NCBI GenBank assembly: GCA_963667465.2
Contig: CAXXDN010000001.1
Coordinates: 256,001-320,000, forward strand
Source: Dehalococcoidia bacterium
GTDB taxonomy: Bacteria > Chloroflexota > Dehalococcoidia > UBA2979
Length of the DNA: 64,000 bases
Direction: 5' to 3'
Positions 60,822-64,000 of this stretch are shown here, piece by piece. Position 1 is the first letter of the stretch. Each line of letters opens with the position of its first letter. The translations under genes were made by a program, and so were the position numbers. Below the pieces are notes generated by a model. That model saw only the letters and a list, made by a program, of their open reading frames with translations, did not search any database and was not told the origin of the DNA.

Positions 60822-62024
60822 ATGGGCGCCGGACCGGCGGCGGGTATGCCGCTCTCCGATCTGCTGGTGATCGACCTCACGCGAGCGCGCTCGGGCCCGA
60901 CCTGCGTGCGCCAGCTCGCGGACTGGGGCGCCGACGTGATTAAGATCGAGCCGCCGCCCGCCTCGGGCGTGCAGGCGACGATCACCGGCGGGCGGCACGG
61001 CTTCGACTTCCAGAACCTGCACCGCAACAAGCGCAGCCTCACGCTGGACCTCAAGGCGCCCGAGGGCCGCCAGGTGCTGCTCGACCTCGCGAAGACCGCC
61101 GACGTGGTCGTCGAGAACTTCCGCCCGCTCGTCAAGCAGCGGCTCGGCATCGACTACGCGACGCTGCGCGCGGTCAATCCTCGCATCATCTACGGCAGCA
61201 TCTCCGGGTTCGGGCAGAGCGGGCCCTACCGCGACCGGCCGGGCTTCGACCAGATCGCGCAGGGCCTCGGCGGGATCATGTCGGTGACCGGGCTGCCGGG
61301 GCAGGGGCCGGTGCGCGCCGGGGTGCCGATCGCGGACCTCAGCGCGGGGCACTTCCTCGCGCAGGGCATCCTGCTGGCGCTGCTGGAGCGCGCGCGCTCC
61401 GGCGAGGGCCAGTGGGTCCACACCTCGCTGCTCGAGGCGCAGATCGCGATGATGGACTTCCAGGCCGCGCGCTGGCTGATCGAGCAGGATCTGCCGGGCC
61501 AGGCGGGGAACGACCACCCGACCTCGATCCCCACGGGCGTCTTCCCGACCGCCGACGGCCACATCAACATCGCCGCGTCCGGCCAGCCGATCTACGAACG
61601 CTTCTGCAAGGCGATCGGCGCGCCCGAGCTGATCGAGCACCCCGACTACGCCGACGGAGAAGCGCGCTCGGAGAACCGCGCGGCGCTCAACGCCAGACTC
61701 TCCGCGATCACGAGCAGGCGCAGCAGCGCCGAGTGGATCGAGGACCTCAACGCGGCGGGCGTGCCCTGCGGGCCGATCTACCGCGTCGACGAGATGGCCG
61801 AGGACGAGCAGGTGCGCCACCTCGGCATCGCCCGGCCGGCGGGGCACCCGGAACTGGGCGAGATCGAGCTCGTCGGACAGCCGATGCAGCTTGAGCGCAC
61901 GTCGCAGCCGCCGCAGATGCGCAGCGCCGCGCCGGCGCTCGGCGAGCACAGCGACGAGGTGCTGGGCAACCTCGGCTACAACGACGAGGCGATCGCCGCG
62001 CTGCGCGAGCGCGGCGTCGTCTGA
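60822..62024 (+). CDS. Family III CoA transferase (Frc-like)
   Basis: DLTRARSGP..LADWGADVIKIE, RNKRS, ENFRP, PIADLSAG. Confidence 0.92.
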   Translation: MGAGPAAGMPLSDLLVIDLTRARSGPTCVRQLADWGADVIKIEPPPASGVQATITGGRHGFDFQNLHRNKRSLTLDLKAPEGRQVLLDLAKTADVVVENFRPLVKQRLGIDYATLRAVNPRIIYGSISGFGQSGPYRDRPGFDQIAQGLGGIMSVTGLPGQGPVRAGVPIADLSAGHFLAQGILLALLERARSGEGQWVHTSLLEAQIAMMDFQAARWLIEQDLPGQAGNDHPTSIPTGVFPTADGHINIAASGQPIYERFCKAIGAPELIEHPDYADGEARSENRAALNARLSAITSRRSSAEWIEDLNAAGVPCGPIYRVDEMAEDEQVRHLGIARPAGHPELGEIELVGQPMQLERTSQPPQMRSAAPALGEHSDEVLGNLGYNDEAIAALRERGVV

Positions 62025-62079
62025 GCACGCAGCCCAGAGAGCGACCAACCGACCCCGGATGGTGAGCCCCGGAGGAGCG

Positions 62080-62874
62080 ATGGAGACGACGACCGAGCAG
62101 CTGATCGCAGAGGTCGAGGACGGCATCGGCTGGCTGACCTTCAACCACGCGGAGCGGCGCAACGCGCTGACGGTGGCGATGACGGCGGCGCTGCCCGGCA
62201 TCCTCGAGCAGTTCGCCGATGACGACTCGGCGCGGGTGCTGGTGCTGAAGGGCGCGGGCGATCGCGCCTTCGTCTCCGGCGCCGACATCTCAGAGTTCGA
62301 GCAGCGGCGCGCCTCGCCGGAAGCGATCGCGAAGTTCGACGCGGCCGGAGCGCGTATGGCGAAGGCGTTCCAGGACTTCCCGAAGCCGATCGTGGCGATG
62401 ATCCGCGGCTTCGCGATGGGCGGCGGGCTGATGATGGCGATGCGCGCCGACATCCGCATCGCCGCCGAGGACTCGCAGTTCGGCATCCCCGCCGCGCGCC
62501 TCGGGCTCGGCTACGCCTACCAGGGCGTCGAAAACCTCGTGAACCTCGTCGGGCCCGCCCACGCGAACGAGATCCTGCTGACCGGCGGCCGCTTCGACGC
62601 GCCGACGGCGCTGCGCTGGGGCCTCGTCAACCGCGTCGTCCCCGTCGAGCAACTCGAGGCGGAGACGCGGGAAGTGGCCGGCGCGATCGCGGAGAACGCC
62701 CCGCTCACCGTCGCCGCGCTGCGCGCCTCGATCCGCGAGACGCTGCGGGATCCGGCGCGGCGCGACCTCGAGACGATCGCGGAGCTGGTCGCCGCCTGCT
62801 TCGCGAGCGAGGACTACATCGAGGGCCGCCGCGCCTTCATGGAGAAGCGCCGGCCCGAGTTCAAGGGCCGCTGA
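62080..62874 (+). CDS. Enoyl-CoA hydratase/isomerase
   Basis: RRNAL, AFVSGADI, GFAMGGG, FGIPAARLG. Confidence 0.92.
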   Translation: METTTEQLIAEVEDGIGWLTFNHAERRNALTVAMTAALPGILEQFADDDSARVLVLKGAGDRAFVSGADISEFEQRRASPEAIAKFDAAGARMAKAFQDFPKPIVAMIRGFAMGGGLMMAMRADIRIAAEDSQFGIPAARLGLGYAYQGVENLVNLVGPAHANEILLTGGRFDAPTALRWGLVNRVVPVEQLEAETREVAGAIAENAPLTVAALRASIRETLRDPARRDLETIAELVAACFASEDYIEGRRAFMEKRRPEFKGR

Positions 62875-62881
62875 GCCCCGC

Positions 62882-63250
62882 ATGCACCTCGTGCTGATCG
62901 CTGCCGGTGGCGCGGCCGGCGCGCTGCTGCGCTACGGTGTCAGCGAGTGGGTCACGGCGCCGCGCGGCGGCTTCCCGCTGGCGACGCTGCTGGCGAACAT
63001 CAGCGGCGCCTTCCTGCTCGGCGTCGCCTCAATCCTCCTCGTGCGCCTCGAGGTCTCCGCCGCCGTGCGCCTCGGCCTGACGGTCGGCGTGCTCGGCGCC
63101 TACACCACCTTCTCGACCTTCAGCGTGGAGACGCTCGACCTCGTCAGCGACGGCGAGTGGCGGACGGCCGCGCTCTACGTCGTCGCCAGCGTCGCGGGCG
63201 CCCTCGCGGCGGCGTGGGCGGGCCAGAGCCTCGTGCGGGCGACGGGGTAG
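62882..63250 (+). CDS. crcB: Fluoride channel Fluc/CrcB
   Basis: GGAAGALLRY, TLLANISG, GAYTTFSTF. Confidence 0.93.
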   Translation: MHLVLIAAGGAAGALLRYGVSEWVTAPRGGFPLATLLANISGAFLLGVASILLVRLEVSAAVRLGLTVGVLGAYTTFSTFSVETLDLVSDGEWRTAALYVVASVAGALAAAWAGQSLVRATG

Positions 63251-63308
63251 GGGGGGACCTCTTCTTAACTCGCACAACGCCCTACTACACAATAAGATTG
63301 TTGGGTCG

Positions 63309-63680
63309 GTGATCCCCGACTTCAACGATCGCGGGCTCCTCCCACCCGGAGTTCACCTCGCGAGTTGGGACGAGATGGTGGCGAGACTCGGGACCAATCC
63401 GTGGAGGCAACACGGGAGCTTTGTGACGAACAAGAACATCCCGAACGACTACGACGCCTGTTGGGAAGAGGTGGATGTCGATCCTGACGTCCTCGATCCC
63501 GTTCTGCTGACGTTTGACCCGGGGCGCGCGACGCAGAAGGCCAAGTACCTGGGTGAGTTGTTCCCCGCATCGGTAGTCGCCGGTCCGAATGGACTGTCGT
63601 TCCTTGACTTCTTCCAGACCGACGGGGACGCCGGGGAACGCAAGGGCATCATCGCGATCAACCTGGAGGGCCTCACGTGA
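63309..63680 (+). CDS. DUF6932-like (nucleotidyltransferase-fold) protein, apparently internally deleted
   Basis: IPDF..GLLPPGVH, GSFVT.K..PNDYD, KGII; short between TNPWR and GSFVT. Confidence 0.65.
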   Translation: MIPDFNDRGLLPPGVHLASWDEMVARLGTNPWRQHGSFVTNKNIPNDYDACWEEVDVDPDVLDPVLLTFDPGRATQKAKYLGELFPASVVAGPNGLSFLDFFQTDGDAGERKGIIAINLEGLT

Positions 63681-64000
63681 TCAAGAATGAGCGCCAGTAC
63701 CGGATCACGAGATCGCAGGCCGACCGCTTCGCGACAACTATCGAGAACCTGGAGCAGCACCCTGGCGCGGTCGAAGGCGTCCACCCCCGCATCGCCCAGG
63801 CACAGCGGGATGCGCTGAAGAGCCAGCTCGAAGACCTTCAGCAGGAGTTGCGCGAGTACGAGTCACTGAGGGCAGGCGAGTTCGACCTTGATGAGTTGAG
63901 CGTGGTCGGCGAACTCGCGACGTTTCTGATCAAGGCACGCATCGCCCGAGGGCTGAGCCAGAAGGACTTGGCAGAGCGAATGGGACTCAAGCACCAACAG
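63677..64000 (+). CDS. XRE-family HTH protein (partial), partner of the DUF6932-like gene
   Basis: Manual translation MIKNERQYRIT...LIKARIARGLSQKDLAERMGLK; 4-bp overlap; runs off the window. Confidence 0.85.
   Translation, partial: MIKNERQYRITRSQADRFATTIENLEQHPGAVEGVHPRIAQAQRDALKSQLEDLQQELREYESLRAGEFDLDELSVVGELATFLIKARIARGLSQKDLAERMGLKHQQ

Noticed and set aside
62860-62882. Fluoride riboswitch upstream of crcB
   Set aside because: Only 7 bp separate the genes and no motif was seen

Overview
High-GC bacterial chromosome segment. The gene content (many luciferase-like monooxygenases, family III CoA transferases, crotonases, short monoderm-type YidC, many toxin-antitoxin modules) suggests Chloroflexota/Dehalococcoidia; this is inference only. 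It contains two tRNAs (Thr-CGT, Arg-TCG), katG next to a peroxiredoxin with an in-frame UGA at its catalytic position (probable selenoprotein), and a large modular secreted protein. An origin-type cluster follows (rpmH-rnpA-yidD-beta-propeller lipoprotein-yidC-jag-pfkB-parA-parB) with a perfect parS but no dnaA. The rest is acyl-CoA catabolism (Ltp2/DUF35, MaoC pair, paired acyl-CoA dehydrogenases), larE/larB/larC with no larA in the window but an adjacent aldo-keto reductase, several intact, duplicated or decayed TA loci, and a solitary NucS-like nuclease/RAMA-like/alkyltransferase-like fusion. The most notable items are that fusion, the larA-less nickel-pincer cluster, a Cys2His2 domain inserted in YidC, and the Sec-peroxiredoxin. 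Family calls rest on motifs recognised by eye; no database searches were run.
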